NCBI GenBank assembly: GCA_964016885.1
Contig: OZ024740.1
Coordinates: 194,308,001-194,372,000, forward strand
Direction: 5' to 3'
Length of the DNA: 64,000 nt
Source of the DNA: Eledone cirrhosa
Lineage: Eukaryota
The notes beneath the pieces were generated by a model. That model searched no databases. It saw nothing but the letters and a program-made list of their open reading frames with translations, and was not told the origin of the DNA. The position numbers and the translations under genes are program-made. Positions 1 to 11,364 of this stretch are shown here, one piece after another (positions within the stretch are counted from its first letter, which is position 1; each line of letters begins with the position of its first letter).

Positions 1-765
1 TCATCTCCGACATGTCTATACATTTGAACATTCAGAATTTAATGATTCGCAGCGATTCATCTTGAGATTTAACTTAACTTCTTCGTCCGATGAATGCTAT
101 GTCAATATATTATTCTTACAGTTACAGATATATTTCGTACAGTTTGGAAGGAAGATAAACATGAAAATGTAATAAACAAACCACACAGCAAACATAAACC
201 TCAAGGGAAACAACTTATTTTATTATTTCATGTGGTAACCGTCATGATTACACTAAACTATGAAGTCTCCTTCATTTTGAGAAAATATTTTTTCTACAAT
301 GCACAACATTAATAATTGGAGTTGACGCAAGAATATTAGAATTGTGTAATTCCCTATCACGCATGAAAAATATTGAGTTGAAGACACTTCGCATAAATAA
401 CTTGAATATAAACCTTATTCTACTACGATATGATATTCCACACTAAATTCGCAGGCTCCCAACACATCTTGAATCTATGCTTAAAAATGACAGTAATACA
501 AAATAAATTGTATCAGCACATTTAGTGATATATAAATTGAAAAAGAAAATATGTCAGATTAATAATATCGTTTATTAAAATATTGCTGATAAAAATGCAC
601 TGCAGAATACAGCACTTAAACTATGCACGTATAACAGATAACTGTAATAAGTCTTCTTCAAAGTAACTGTTATCTAGCAATGTACTGGATAATTATACAG
701 TGCATTGACTTCGTGGACTAGACCGTCAATAATTAAATGGCTTGACCACAAACATAGCAAAACGC

Positions 766-768
<3 letters not shown>

Positions 769-822
<54 letters not shown>
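769..822. repeat. (TA)n microsatellite
   Basis: Pure TA run; abuts the 3' end of a pLTR fragment. Confidence 0.95.
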
Positions 823-825
<3 letters not shown>

Positions 826-965
826 TAAAATAACAGATTAAAGTTTAAGCAAAGAATCGCTGCTTTCACCCTTAACGGGATCTTCTGAAACTAACAAAGT
901 CAATCTGTAAACGCAGAAATCGAGCCCTCTTTGGATTTTAGTCTTCCAATTTATTATTATTACTA
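823..965. mobile_element. Solo fragments of Naiad PLE pLTR family A as a divergent pair (minus 823-918, plus 919-965)
   Basis: 823-918 is the reverse complement of ~62995-63090; 919-965 matches ~63137-63183; both ends run into (TA)n. Confidence 0.85.
842..892 (-). ncRNA. Type I hammerhead-like motif, CAGAAGA core (family A)
   Basis: Minus strand reads AGTTT-CAGAAGA-T-CCC-GTTAA-GGG-T-GAAA-GCA-9 nt-TGC-TT-AAACT. Confidence 0.65.
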
Positions 966-1041
966 TATATATATATATGTCCCAAGGCTCTGATACCATC
1001 AACACTATAAACACAGAGCTGGCATATCTAAGAACTGACTA

Positions 1042-1097
1042 ACTGCCTGATGAGGTCATAGCCATTCGATGGCTATTATCGAAATATATATAGCAGT
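1042..1097 (+). ncRNA. Minimal type I hammerhead ribozyme (family C pLTR)
   Basis: ACTGC-CTGATGA-stem II (ATAGCCAT/ATGGCTAT)-GAAA-TATATA-TA-GCAGT followed by AATAAA; same family at 31140-31447. Confidence 0.8.
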
Positions 1098-1139
1098 AAA
1101 TAAAGGATTATGAGTTCATGCAATTGATTATGTTTCGTC

Positions 1140-1262
<123 letters not shown>

Positions 1263-1309
1263 ATATGTATATACACATACACACACACACACACATATAT
1301 ATATATATT

Positions 1310-1362
1310 ATTAAAATAATAGATTAAAGTTTAAGCAAAGAATCGCTGATTTCACCCTTAAC
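1310..1362 (-). mobile_element. Short family A pLTR fragment
   Basis: Near-identical to 823-875. Confidence 0.75.
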
Positions 1363-1911
1363 CAAATTTATGAACGGAGTTAAAAACTTGAATTAATCCA
1401 CTGTAATTTAATGAGCTGAAGGAATAGAATCCGGGCTCTTTATAAGACAGTATATAGAGAAAAGTACACAAAGAGTTGTGTTAAGTTATAGGGGATAGAC
1501 TACCACCAGAGTGATAAACAAAAAGTCAACGAAAGGAATGGAGAATACATATAAATAATGAATAAAAATACACGAACAAATCTTTTATAACTATAAAGAC
1601 CTGGACAAACTCTCATAAGAGAACGTTTCACCATAAAAAGTGAAGATTCCATACCACTAAGGGTTTATCAACAGCGGTATAACAGAATGGTTCTCAATTC
1701 TAAAAGTATATCAGATAACTAAAATAACGTACACAGTGTAAAGAGAAGAAAATATTACCCTAACATAGTCCATAGTGGTGTGAATGGACAGATAGACTGT
1801 TAGAAATAGCAGCGCAGAATCATTCAACTTAAGAAGCTCTTCTTAGATATAAGGTATTGTATCCCATATAATTGAACATAGGTTTTTGTGTATTGTCTCT
1901 ATATACTGTTT

Positions 1912-2017
<106 letters not shown>

Positions 2018-2099
2018 TCCCAACCTCAATCGGGAATAACCACAGTAATTAAGGTACTCCCTCCATATATTAGTAGAGTATATACCACAAATTTTAATC

Positions 2100-2218
2100 T
2101 AGAAATGGCTTCTACAGGACTAGAACTGTTTCATTCATCATTCGAAGTAAATCATCAGGAGAGCCCTGATGAATTCCTTTGAATGAAATAGTTCTAGTTC
2201 TGTAGAATCCCTTTCTAC
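2100..2218. mobile_element. Divergent inverted pair of HHR-containing pLTR fragments
   Basis: Arms 2100-2160 and 2165-2218 are imperfect reverse complements. Plus arm reads CTGATGA-ATTC-CTTT-GAAT-GAAA-TAGTTC-TA; minus arm also has CTGATGA...GAAA. Confidence 0.6.
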
Positions 2219-2249
2219 ATTAAGTTTTGTTTTATATATATATATATAT

Positions 2250-2952
2250 ATAAAAGAAGAAGTTTTTGAAACGGAAATGCGGGTATAAAGAATTTATTAG
2301 GTAACAATTGTTTCTATAGTGTATGGGTTACCTATACCTCGCTATTTGTATAATATAAAAATATTATCATAAATCGTAGGTACACTGTAAGAAAACACAC
2401 CATGTCGTCAGACCTTTGTAGTAGAATGATATGAAAATATTTTATACACTAGATATAAGAGAAAGAAGGAGGTAGGAAGGGAAGGGGAAGAGGGATTTAA
2501 GACTGTCAGAGTAGCAGAGATTGTAAGGAGAAAATGTTTTGTCAGCAGTTAGCTTAATGAGGCGTGTTAGGGTTGGCGGGGGAAGTAAATTCTTCTAGTG
2601 GTGTTGTTTGGACAAAATTTAGTTAAAGGTGTCAAAGTAGTACAGAATTACAGACAAGTTATTGGGGCTATTATAGTAGCAGGTTATTTCTAAAGGGGTC
2701 CAAAAAACAGTGTTTAGTACTATTATTATAGAAAGCCATATCGTGTGTATAAACATATAAAACAGAGATTTGCAAACGGTGGTGTAAAAAGGTAACATTA
2801 CATGCATTTAAAAAAAGAAAAAGTCGTTTTCAAACGATGGTTACAGTAAAGTGAACGTTCAATTTTGCTGTTCAAAAGTTTGTTTTCCGACGTTAAAATG
2901 CAGTATATCTCCATATTGCATAATTTACAGAATCGATGATTTTTTTTTACCC
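2250..2952 (-). mobile_element. 5'-truncated Naiad-type PLE: end of GIY-YIG domain, 3' UTR and pLTR
   Basis: ORF 2798-3004 contains HRFCKLCNMEIYCILTSENKLLNSKIERSLYCNHRLK, matching the CxLC..E..I..LN..E..CxH tail of the other PLE copies here; HHR and AATAAA near the end, then (TA)n. Confidence 0.8.
2299..2415 (-). ncRNA. Type I hammerhead ribozyme with ~90-nt stem II
   Basis: AGGT-CTGACGA-[C-ATGGTGTGT...ATACACTAT-A]-GAAA-CAATTG-TT-ACCT-AATAAA. Confidence 0.7.
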
Positions 2953-4239
2953 CTAATATTAGCCGTAGGATCTCCACCCTCTCATCCTCAGAAGCTATTT
3001 TCAATAAGGCATACCCCTACTATAATAAAGCCCTTCGAAATAGCGGATTTAGCGAACCGTAGAAGTACATACCCAACAATACTAACTCCTTTAAACATAA
3101 TAATAGGAAAAGAAAAATAATCTGTTTCACACCCCTCTACTCTTTAGCAGTTAAAACTAATGTAGGCAAAACATTCATAGAGCTCTTAGATAAACATTTC
3201 CCCAGAACACATAGATACTATAAGATCTTCAATAGAAACTGTGTCAAAATCAGCTACTCCTGCGGTCCCCCTAATAAATCTTATATCATCAATAAGAAAA
3301 TACCCAGAGAACATCAAAATTGCTCCTGTAGAGTCAAAAGTGAGTGCCCATTACAAGGTAAATGCAACACCAAAGCCATTGTATATGCGGCTAAAGTGAC
3401 AACCAGCAGCAACAACCTACCAGCCACCAGCGACACAAGACAAATTCAAAACGCGTTATTACTCACATGTCCCATCTTTCTGACATCCTGAAAAAAGATT
3501 TACAACAGCTCTGGCTAGCAGAATATGGGATTTGAAAGACCAAGGTATCAAATATAAATTAGATTGGTCAATTTTGAACCCATCTAAAGTATATGCAAGA
3601 AGAACAAGAAGATGAGCACTCTGCATAAGTGAAAAATATTGTATTTTACAGAACCTTAAATCACTAAAAACCTGCCTGAATGCAAAAACAGAAATTTTCA
3701 CCAGTTGCCCACACATGAAATCACACTTGCTTTCCAGCACATATAAACTTAACTCACTTTCAGATACTTATCCTCTATAAACTCTTGTTCTTCACTTTCC
3801 TTAAATTACCCTCTTTACAGACTTCTCTTTCCGATTTACTTATATTTTTATTTTTAACTTTATTTTTACTTCACATCCACCAGTGACCCTGCTTTTTGAT
3901 TCACTTACTTTATATCTTCACAATTTTACATATTTTACTTCCCCATTTTCTTTCACTACCTGATATCACTTGTCACTTGCGTTTTCAACTCCATATATAT
4001 TCTGTTGTCTCCCAGCCGCTTTTATGTATGTTCACTTGCGTATAATTTGTACTCATTTATTCATACGGCTGGTTTTTATATTGTATCTATGCGTGTGAGC
4101 GTGCATGTGTGTGTATGTCTGTTTGTATATGTATACGAATGCATTCGTATGTGCGCATGTGTGTGTACATGTGTGTGTGTATGTCTGTTTTTATATCTAT
4201 GTTTTTACATACTTATATATATGTGTGTGTGTGTATATG

Positions 4240-4270
<31 letters not shown>

Positions 4271-5085
4271 GCGTATGTATGCATAATTATATATATATAT
4301 ATATATATATATAGTCGCGTGCATGCGTGTGATTAGATGTACATGTACGTATATATATATGTGCTTCGTGTGTATGTATGCGCGCCTTTGTATGTATGTA
4401 CGCATGTATGTGCTTTTGTCTGTACGTATTTATATATATGTAATTTCATATATATATGTGTATGTACGAACCTATGTTTGTTTACTATTTTTTCTAGTGT
4501 TACTTATAATTGATAACCCCTTCCCTCTTACTTTCTCTTTGATTTAATTTTTTTATTCTCATAATTTTTTCATTTTTATATATGGATCGACCTTCAGCCT
4601 GACACTGCTTTGACTGATACACTCCCTTCCCTGTATATATCACTCGCATGTATGTGGTTGCGCGTGTGTGTGTGTTTTTACGCGTGCTTTCATACTTGTA
4701 TGTGTATATATTTCAATCCTTTGTACCTAAGTCTGGATGTACGTTAACTCTATTATCTTACAATTTCTTTTTCAACATATATTATATATGTATTTCTGGT
4801 CACACATACACTGATATGCTTGCCCTCATATATATGTACTTACGCACACATTTTTTCACTATACACGTGCATTTGTACATACACACATTTTATTTTTATA
4901 TATCTCTTGCATTACTTTTATTTATATATTTTTTTGCCAGTTAAACTTTTGCCTTTTTTGAGGAGATTTTTCAAATATTTCACTATGTGTTAAATTGCCT
5001 TGTCCGACGAACGAATGAGGACGTTTCTTGTATTCGTCTTATCCGGGAAACCTCTGGTAATGAGGTAATTATATTGTATTGTTTA
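2953..5085 (+). mobile_element. 5'-truncated, decayed Naiad-type PLE (RT thumb, GIY-YIG, long 3' UTR, pLTR)
   Basis: Manual translation: ISRRISTLSSSEAIFNKAYPYYNKALRNSGF; KTNVGKTFIELLDKHFPRTHRYYKIFNRNCVKISYSC; NCSCRVKSECPLQGKCNTKAIVY; FKTRYYSH; IWDLKDQG; R*ALCISEK; LNAKTEIFTSCPH. Collinear with the 60-62 kb element; has stops and frameshifts. Confidence 0.9.
4993..5070 (+). ncRNA. Hammerhead-like motif, CCGACGA core, at PLE 3' end
   Basis: Stem I AATTGCCTTGT/ATGAGGTAATT, CCGACGA, hairpin ACGAAT...ATTCGT plus extra nt, GAAA-CC-TCT-GG-TA. Confidence 0.55.
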
Positions 5086-5138
5086 TTATACATTATATAT
5101 ATATTTATATATATATATATATATATATAAGAGGGTGT

Positions 5139-5537
5139 TAAAGTTTGCTTGAAGCATTGTGAAATGTGTAAAATACGTAGTTTAGAAAGCCACAACAATG
5201 CAGATGGGAAATCTCGAGGTAGGAAGTGAATGATAGATAGGAGAAATAGGAGAAAGTGAAAATTGAGAGAGACAAAGATGAAAACAAAACAAAGGTAGAA
5301 GGGTTACCGTAGTGGAGATTTAATCCCAATATGTGTAAAATACGTAGTTTAGAAAGCCACAACAAGGCAGATGGGAAATCTTATTGGGATTAAATCTCCA
5401 CTACGGTAACCCTTCTACCTTTGTTTTGTTTTCATCTTTGTCTCTCTCAATTTTCACTTTCTCCTATTTCTCCTATCTATCATTCACTTCCTACCTCGAG
5501 ATTTCCCATCTGCATTGTTGTGGCTTTCTAAACTACG

Positions 5538-5543
<6 letters not shown>
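5139..5543. repeat. 167-bp tandem unit (~1.3 copies) plus one inverted copy, between (TA)n tracts; pLTR-like
   Basis: ATGTGTAAAATACGTAG at 5164 and 5331; 5383-5543 is the reverse complement of ~5170-5330. Confidence 0.85.
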
Positions 5544-5624
<81 letters not shown>

Positions 5625-5769
5625 TTCAAAACATTAATAAATGAAGACGTTCACAAAATCAAAATATTTGTTTTATTATATATATTTCGGAGGTACTGTG
5701 CTGTTTTTTAGTACGTACTCATCAGATAAAATACATAAATTGATGTACGACATACCTCAACTGACTTGG

Positions 5770-5880
<111 letters not shown>

Positions 5881-6824
5881 GATGTCTACCTAGTACTCTC
5901 AGCAAGTACTGAGAGTATTAAGTAGACATCATTTACATTTTCATGATTATTAGTAATACAAATTGTCTGACGATGTAATTAAGTATATATTTATTCTGAT
6001 ATTCTTTATCTATTCTTCTTCTCTTTTTCTATTTTCTACTTTTTTCTTCTTCTCTCATTCTTTCTCCTTTCATCATTCTTTTCTCTTGTTCTCCCCCCGT
6101 TTGTCCTCTCCTTTTCTCTTTTTCTTCTTTTGATCTCCACTATTTATTCGACCTTTTTCTTCTACTTCTTCTACATCTTCGTTTAATTCTATTTCATCTT
6201 CTAAATATCGATTATTATTGATTTCATATAAGGTTTAACAAATCCAGATATTGTGTGGTAATGTACCACAACCAGTGGCCTTAGGTATCACTACATTCGT
6301 TTCCATCTATCCTCCTGATGATTCGCGCTGTTCCCTTAAAACAAGCTTTCTTGAGTAATGCTTTAGAGCTGTCAGTTCCCATTTACTTTATCCAATGATT
6401 ACATTAGGTTATAGTTCCCATGGCACTTATCACTGCTCGTAAAATGTAACCTTTTTTAATTTCCACAAACGTGTAATCTCATACCTTAATGGACAGAAAT
6501 ATTTCTCTTTTTCTCTTACTTTTTCCTCACACTTAAGTTAAATCGTCATTAGGGATCTATTATATATTTTTATTTGTCTTCTTCCTCTACAGATATATCC
6601 TTTTTGTATTGCGACGTCCTATAATATTCTGCCATTTTCTGACTTATGGTTTTATCCCTTATCCTCACACTCAACCCCCCCCCCCCGCCCCCCTCCCCCA
6701 CTTCTGGAAAAGTTTCGAACGTAAAGCCTTGTCTATTTCAACATGTTTCTATTTCTCGTATTCATTTTTTGCCAAATTATGGCGCTCGCTTATAATGTGT
6801 ACCACTGTCTCCTCTGAAAGTCCA

Positions 6825-7024
6825 NNNNNNNNNNNNNNNNNNNNNNNNNNNNNNNNNNNNNNNNNNNNNNNNNNNNNNNNNNNNNNNNNNNNNNNNNNNN
6901 NNNNNNNNNNNNNNNNNNNNNNNNNNNNNNNNNNNNNNNNNNNNNNNNNNNNNNNNNNNNNNNNNNNNNNNNNNNNNNNNNNNNNNNNNNNNNNNNNNNN
7001 NNNNNNNNNNNNNNNNNNNNNNNN
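6825..7024. other. Assembly gap (200 N)
   Basis: Run of N. Confidence 1.
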
Positions 7025-7916
7025 AATCTCAGGCGAAGAAGAAGAGACCAAAACCTTAGATTCCTCAATACGACAATTGGATTTATTGAAACTTTCTGTA
7101 GACATTCATGTGGATGAAATGTTGCCGACGCAGATCTTTGCCATTATCTCGAATGTTGATCTTTACACCGTGTCGCATTTTAAACAAAATGTCATCTAGT
7201 CGTCATTATTAATTTAATGCTTAGTTGATCAATATCCTCATTTTCACAGTCGTTAATGTTTGTATATTTGAGATGCTTCTGTGTTTGATTCAATAGCTTT
7301 ATTTCTCTAACAAAATTCTTTATGTTTGATATCAAAGTAATTAGTAAGACGTCTTGGCATTCGATGAGATTTTAATAGTTTACGTGTAACTACGCACTGA
7401 CTAACTTAAGCTGAGAGGTGAACAGATTTTTTCTTGTCGTTTTTCATTGCTACTTATTATAAATAGCATCACCAAGTAAATGAGTAGCATCAGATTTAGA
7501 TATTAGTTCAATGTTCATTGGAATTGCTTAATAGATACTATGAATAGCAATAAGTCTAAAGTGGAAACTACTGAACGACTGCATATATTTTTGAGTAGAT
7601 TCGACATTATAATAGAAAAACTATTTTGATATTATTTAGGAAAATATTTTATGGGTATATTTGGAATGTACCAAGTGCAATTTTACCACATTGAATCCCC
7701 TGCGTAATGAATAATATACTAACATTAATTGTAAGCAGTCTAAATTTACTTCAACAACTACCCTGATACTAGTAAGTTCTGAAGATCTTCGTTGTATCTC
7801 ATTTGGTTTAAACACCACAATTTTATATATAACTGCGTCTAGTTGTATGCATATTCAGAACCATATTAAATATCAAACATTCTCAATCTCTGTCTCTCTC
7901 TCTCTATATATATATA

Positions 7917-7973
<57 letters not shown>

Positions 7974-8154
7974 TATAATATACATATATATATATATTGA
8001 CAGTTGATCGACTTTAGTCAAATTGGACGAATGAAGCAATGTTTCCATTGGTCTTTCTCATTGCTAATACTATCTATCGGTCACATATTCAGGTAGAAGG
8101 AACAGCGTGAAGTAAAGTGTCTTGCTCAATTGTCACCATTTTCTTTTCCGTTTA

Positions 8155-8290
<136 letters not shown>

Positions 8291-8460
8291 GTAAATCCTT
8301 GAAAGGTTTATTATACTATGATCATTTCAATGACCGGGTTCAGTATGAATCCGGTGATATCATCATTGAACTGCTTTACGTTGAGTACTCTCCATATTAT
8401 TACATTAAGATTGACCATACGGAATTGACTAGCTCTATCCAGTGGTGAACCTCAAACCTG

Positions 8461-8507
<47 letters not shown>

Positions 8508-8518
8508 TAAGAAGAAAT

Positions 8519-8693
8519 AATTGTTTCTACTTTTGGCACAAGGCCAGCAATTACTCAGTGTATTACTGGAAATTTATTTTATCGACCCGGTAAGGATGAA
8601 AGGCGAAGTTAACCTCGGCGCAGGATTTGAAATCAGAATGGAAAGGGCCGTAACTCTTTGCATGAAAGCATGGCGTCCAACCCTCTACCGATC
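8519..8693 (-). mobile_element. tRNA-derived SINE, family 1 (5' truncated, diverged)
   Basis: Matches the family 1 consensus seen at 52683-52866. Confidence 0.9.
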
Positions 8694-8720
8694 AGATATA
8701 TATCTATGTTTTCTTCAATG

Positions 8721-8811
8721 TCCCGACTGTACAGTTTCCCTGGTCACTATGCACAAATCTTATATCATAGAGATGTAACATTGTTGTGAGGTAAGCCAGC
8801 TTTTCAAGGGA
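8721..8811 (-). ncRNA. Hammerhead-like motif with UUGAAAA (U3-A8) core and long stem II
   Basis: TCCC-TTGAAAA-GCTGG...CCAG(G; C in the sister copies)-GAAA-CTGTACAG-TC-GGGA. Confidence 0.6.
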
Positions 8812-9086
8812 GCACCTCAGGGAAAGAGCGCTAACTAGACACGTCCGTAACATGCGAGAGAATCTCAAAAAAGCGGAGGGAAATACTATCACGTGATACA
8901 CCGGTCAAGAAAGGGGACTAAATCACTTGTAGAAGTGAAAAATATCTCAGAAGGCGGAGGGGGATATTAATATGATACAGAAGCTACAGAGGTGTGGTAA
9001 GGTTGACTGGAAGTGTATATAGTGTTTGCTTGAAAGCAGTCACTATACTTCCGTGGTTACTCTACCGTGAGGGAGTTAGAGACAAT

Positions 9087-9275
9087 AATTGTTTCTACTT
9101 TAGGCACAAGGCCAGCAATTAACCAGTACATTACTGGTACTTTATTTTATCGACCCCGTAAGGATGAAAGGCAAAGTTAACCTCGGCGGGATTTGAAGTC
9201 AGACTGTAAAGGGACGTAACTATGCTAGAAAACATGGCGTCCAACCCTCTACCGATACTGCCAATTCACCGCCCT
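9087..9275 (-). mobile_element. tRNA-derived SINE family 1, full length with 17-bp TSD
   Basis: TSD GAGTTAGAGACAATAAT at 9073-9089 and 9276-9292; A-box-like TGGCAGTATCGG and B-box-like G(A)NTTCAAATCC on the minus strand. Confidence 0.95.
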
Positions 9276-9561
9276 GAGTTAGAGACAATAATGAAAGGTA
9301 CATAGATATATGTGCATACATACATATACATATACAGTTTCGCTGGTCACTATGCAAAAATCTTATATCATAGAGATGTAACATTGTTGTGAGTTAAACC
9401 AGCTTTCGAAGGGAACACTTCGGGGAAAGAGCGCTAACTAGACACGTCCGTAGCATGCGAAAGAATCTCAAAAAGGATGTTTGCATAGTGACCAGCGAAA
9501 CTGTACAGTCGGGACATTGAAGAAAAAATAGATATATATCTGTGTCTATTATTTCTTCTTA

Positions 9562-9870
9562 TCCCGCCGAGGTTGATTTTGCCTTTCATCCTTACAGGGT
9601 CGATAAAATAAAGTACCAGTAATGCAATCTGGGTAATTGCTGGCCTTGTGCCTAAAGTAGAAACAATTATTTGTTCTTAGGTGGATTGGCAGTATCGGTA
9701 GAGAGTCAGACGCCATGCTTTCCAGCATAGTTACGTCCCTTTACGGTCTGAGTTCAAATCCCGCCGAGGTTCACTTTGCCTTTCATCCTTACGGGGTCGA
9801 TAAAATAAAGTACCAGTAATGTACTGAGTAATTGCTGGCCTTGTGCCAAAAGTAGAAAGAATTATTTCTT
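9562..9870 (+). mobile_element. Two tandem family 1 SINEs (truncated 9562-9672; near full 9680-9870)
   Basis: Consensus match; ATTATTT(C/G)TTCTTA recurs at ~9548, ~9666 and ~9861 as a shared target duplication. Confidence 0.9.
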
Positions 9871-10444
9871 CTTACTTTATAATATGTTACATAGCTCTGA
9901 TATTGAGTCAATTTAATTATTTCGAATATCTTGTCTCTCATAATCATAGGTCAACACTAGTTAAGGTCGACAACACACAATCTCACATACTTGTGAAAAA
10001 ATATATGTTTATACATACATGTATCATATATGCATGTATGCACATATATCTGTGTACATCTCATTATTGTATATATAAAATAAAGTACCAGTAATGGATT
10101 GTGTAATTGCTGGCCTTGTGCCGAAAGTAGAAAAAATTAATGTATATATATATATATATATATAAATGGAATAGAATGAAACGAAATTTCATTTATCACT
10201 CTTAGTACGGCACTTACTTAAATGCAAGTATGTATGTATGTATACGTACATACATATATGTATACAGACGTACAGTAGTATGTATATACATACATGCACA
10301 CATATATATATATGCACGTATCGGTTTACCGAACATTTATTATAATGCTCGGTTTGTTTGTTTGTAAACAAAAAACCAGCCCGAATTACGCCGTACAGTG
10401 TTTAGGCAACCACGTCATCTTTTTGTTCAACACTGACACTGGAT

Positions 10445-10485
10445 CGATGTACTAGTTTCAAGCTTATTAGCTATCGTCAGCATCG
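10445..10485 (-). ncRNA. Minimal type I hammerhead ribozyme
   Basis: CGATG-CTGACGA-T-AGCT-AATA-AGCT-T-GAAA-CTAG-TA-CATCG. Confidence 0.85.
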
Positions 10486-10915
10486 TATACCTTCCTGCCA
10501 GATGGTTGAACGTCTGAAAGTATATACTTTCCTTATGCATATTAACGGCTGAGCAGCCTAATTTGCATATCGAGTGAGTTCAGTCGGCCGGGCGCATTGT
10601 ACGGCGTAATTCGGGCTGTTTGTTTGTTTACAAACAAACAAACCGAGCATTATAATAAATGTTCGGTAAACCGAAACGTGCATAGATATATGTGTGCATG
10701 TATGTATATATATAATACTACTGTACGTTTGTATACATATATGTATGTACGTATACATACATACTTGCATTTAGGTAAGTGCCGTACTAAGAGTGAGAAA
10801 TGAAATTTCGTTTCATTCTATTCCATTTATCGTTTTCGGTCCGCCCGGCCGACTGAACTCACTCGATATGCAAATTAGGCTGCTCAGACGTTCAACCATC
10901 AGGCAGGAAGGTATA

Positions 10916-10956
10916 CGGTGCTGACGATAGCTAATAAGCTTGAAACTAGTACATCG
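10916..10956 (+). ncRNA. Minimal type I hammerhead ribozyme
   Basis: CGGTG-CTGACGA-T-AGCT-AATA-AGCT-T-GAAA-CTAG-TA-CATCG. Confidence 0.85.
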
Positions 10957-11151
10957 TTCCTGTGTCAGTGTTGAACAAAAAGGTGATGTGGTTGCCTAAA
11001 CACTGTACGGCGTAATTCGGGCTGTTTGTTTGTTTACAAACAAACAAACCGAGCATTATAATAAATGTTCGGTAAACCGATACTTGCATATATATATATA
11101 TATACATACTACTGTACGTCTGTATACATATATGTTTGTACGTATACATAC

Positions 11152-11199
<48 letters not shown>

Positions 11200-11203
<4 letters not shown>

Positions 11204-11340
11204 ATAATAATAAATTTGAAGACTAAAATCCAAAGAGGGCTCAATAAGGATAAATATATATCAAATATATAAAAAGATCCCGTTAAGGGTGAAAGGAGCG
11301 ATTCTTTGCTTAAACTTTAATCTGTTATTTTAATAAATAT
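11200..11340. mobile_element. Family A pLTR fragments, divergent pair (minus 11200-11272, plus 11273-11340)
   Basis: Matches two different parts of 63009-63183; both ends run into (TA)n. Confidence 0.85.
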
Positions 11341-11364
11341 ATATATATATATATGTGTGTGTGT

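Larger units (their letters stand above)
8694..9545. mobile_element. HHR-bearing pLTR-like repeat: two minus copies (8694-8870, 9335-9475) and an inverted plus fragment (9480-9545)
   Basis: 8732-8870 and 9335-9474 are direct repeats; 9480-9540 is the reverse complement of 8694-8755. Confidence 0.75.
10165..11160. mobile_element. HHR-bearing ~410-440 bp repeat unit: one minus copy (10165-10596) and ~1.4 plus copies (10597-11160)
   Basis: TGTACGGCGTAATTCGGGCTG at 10598 and 11004, with its reverse complement near 10378-10397; flanked by (TA)n; no ORF. Confidence 0.85.

Noticed and set aside
6609-7199. ORFs spanning the N gap
   Set aside because: Open only because of the Ns; no recognisable domain.
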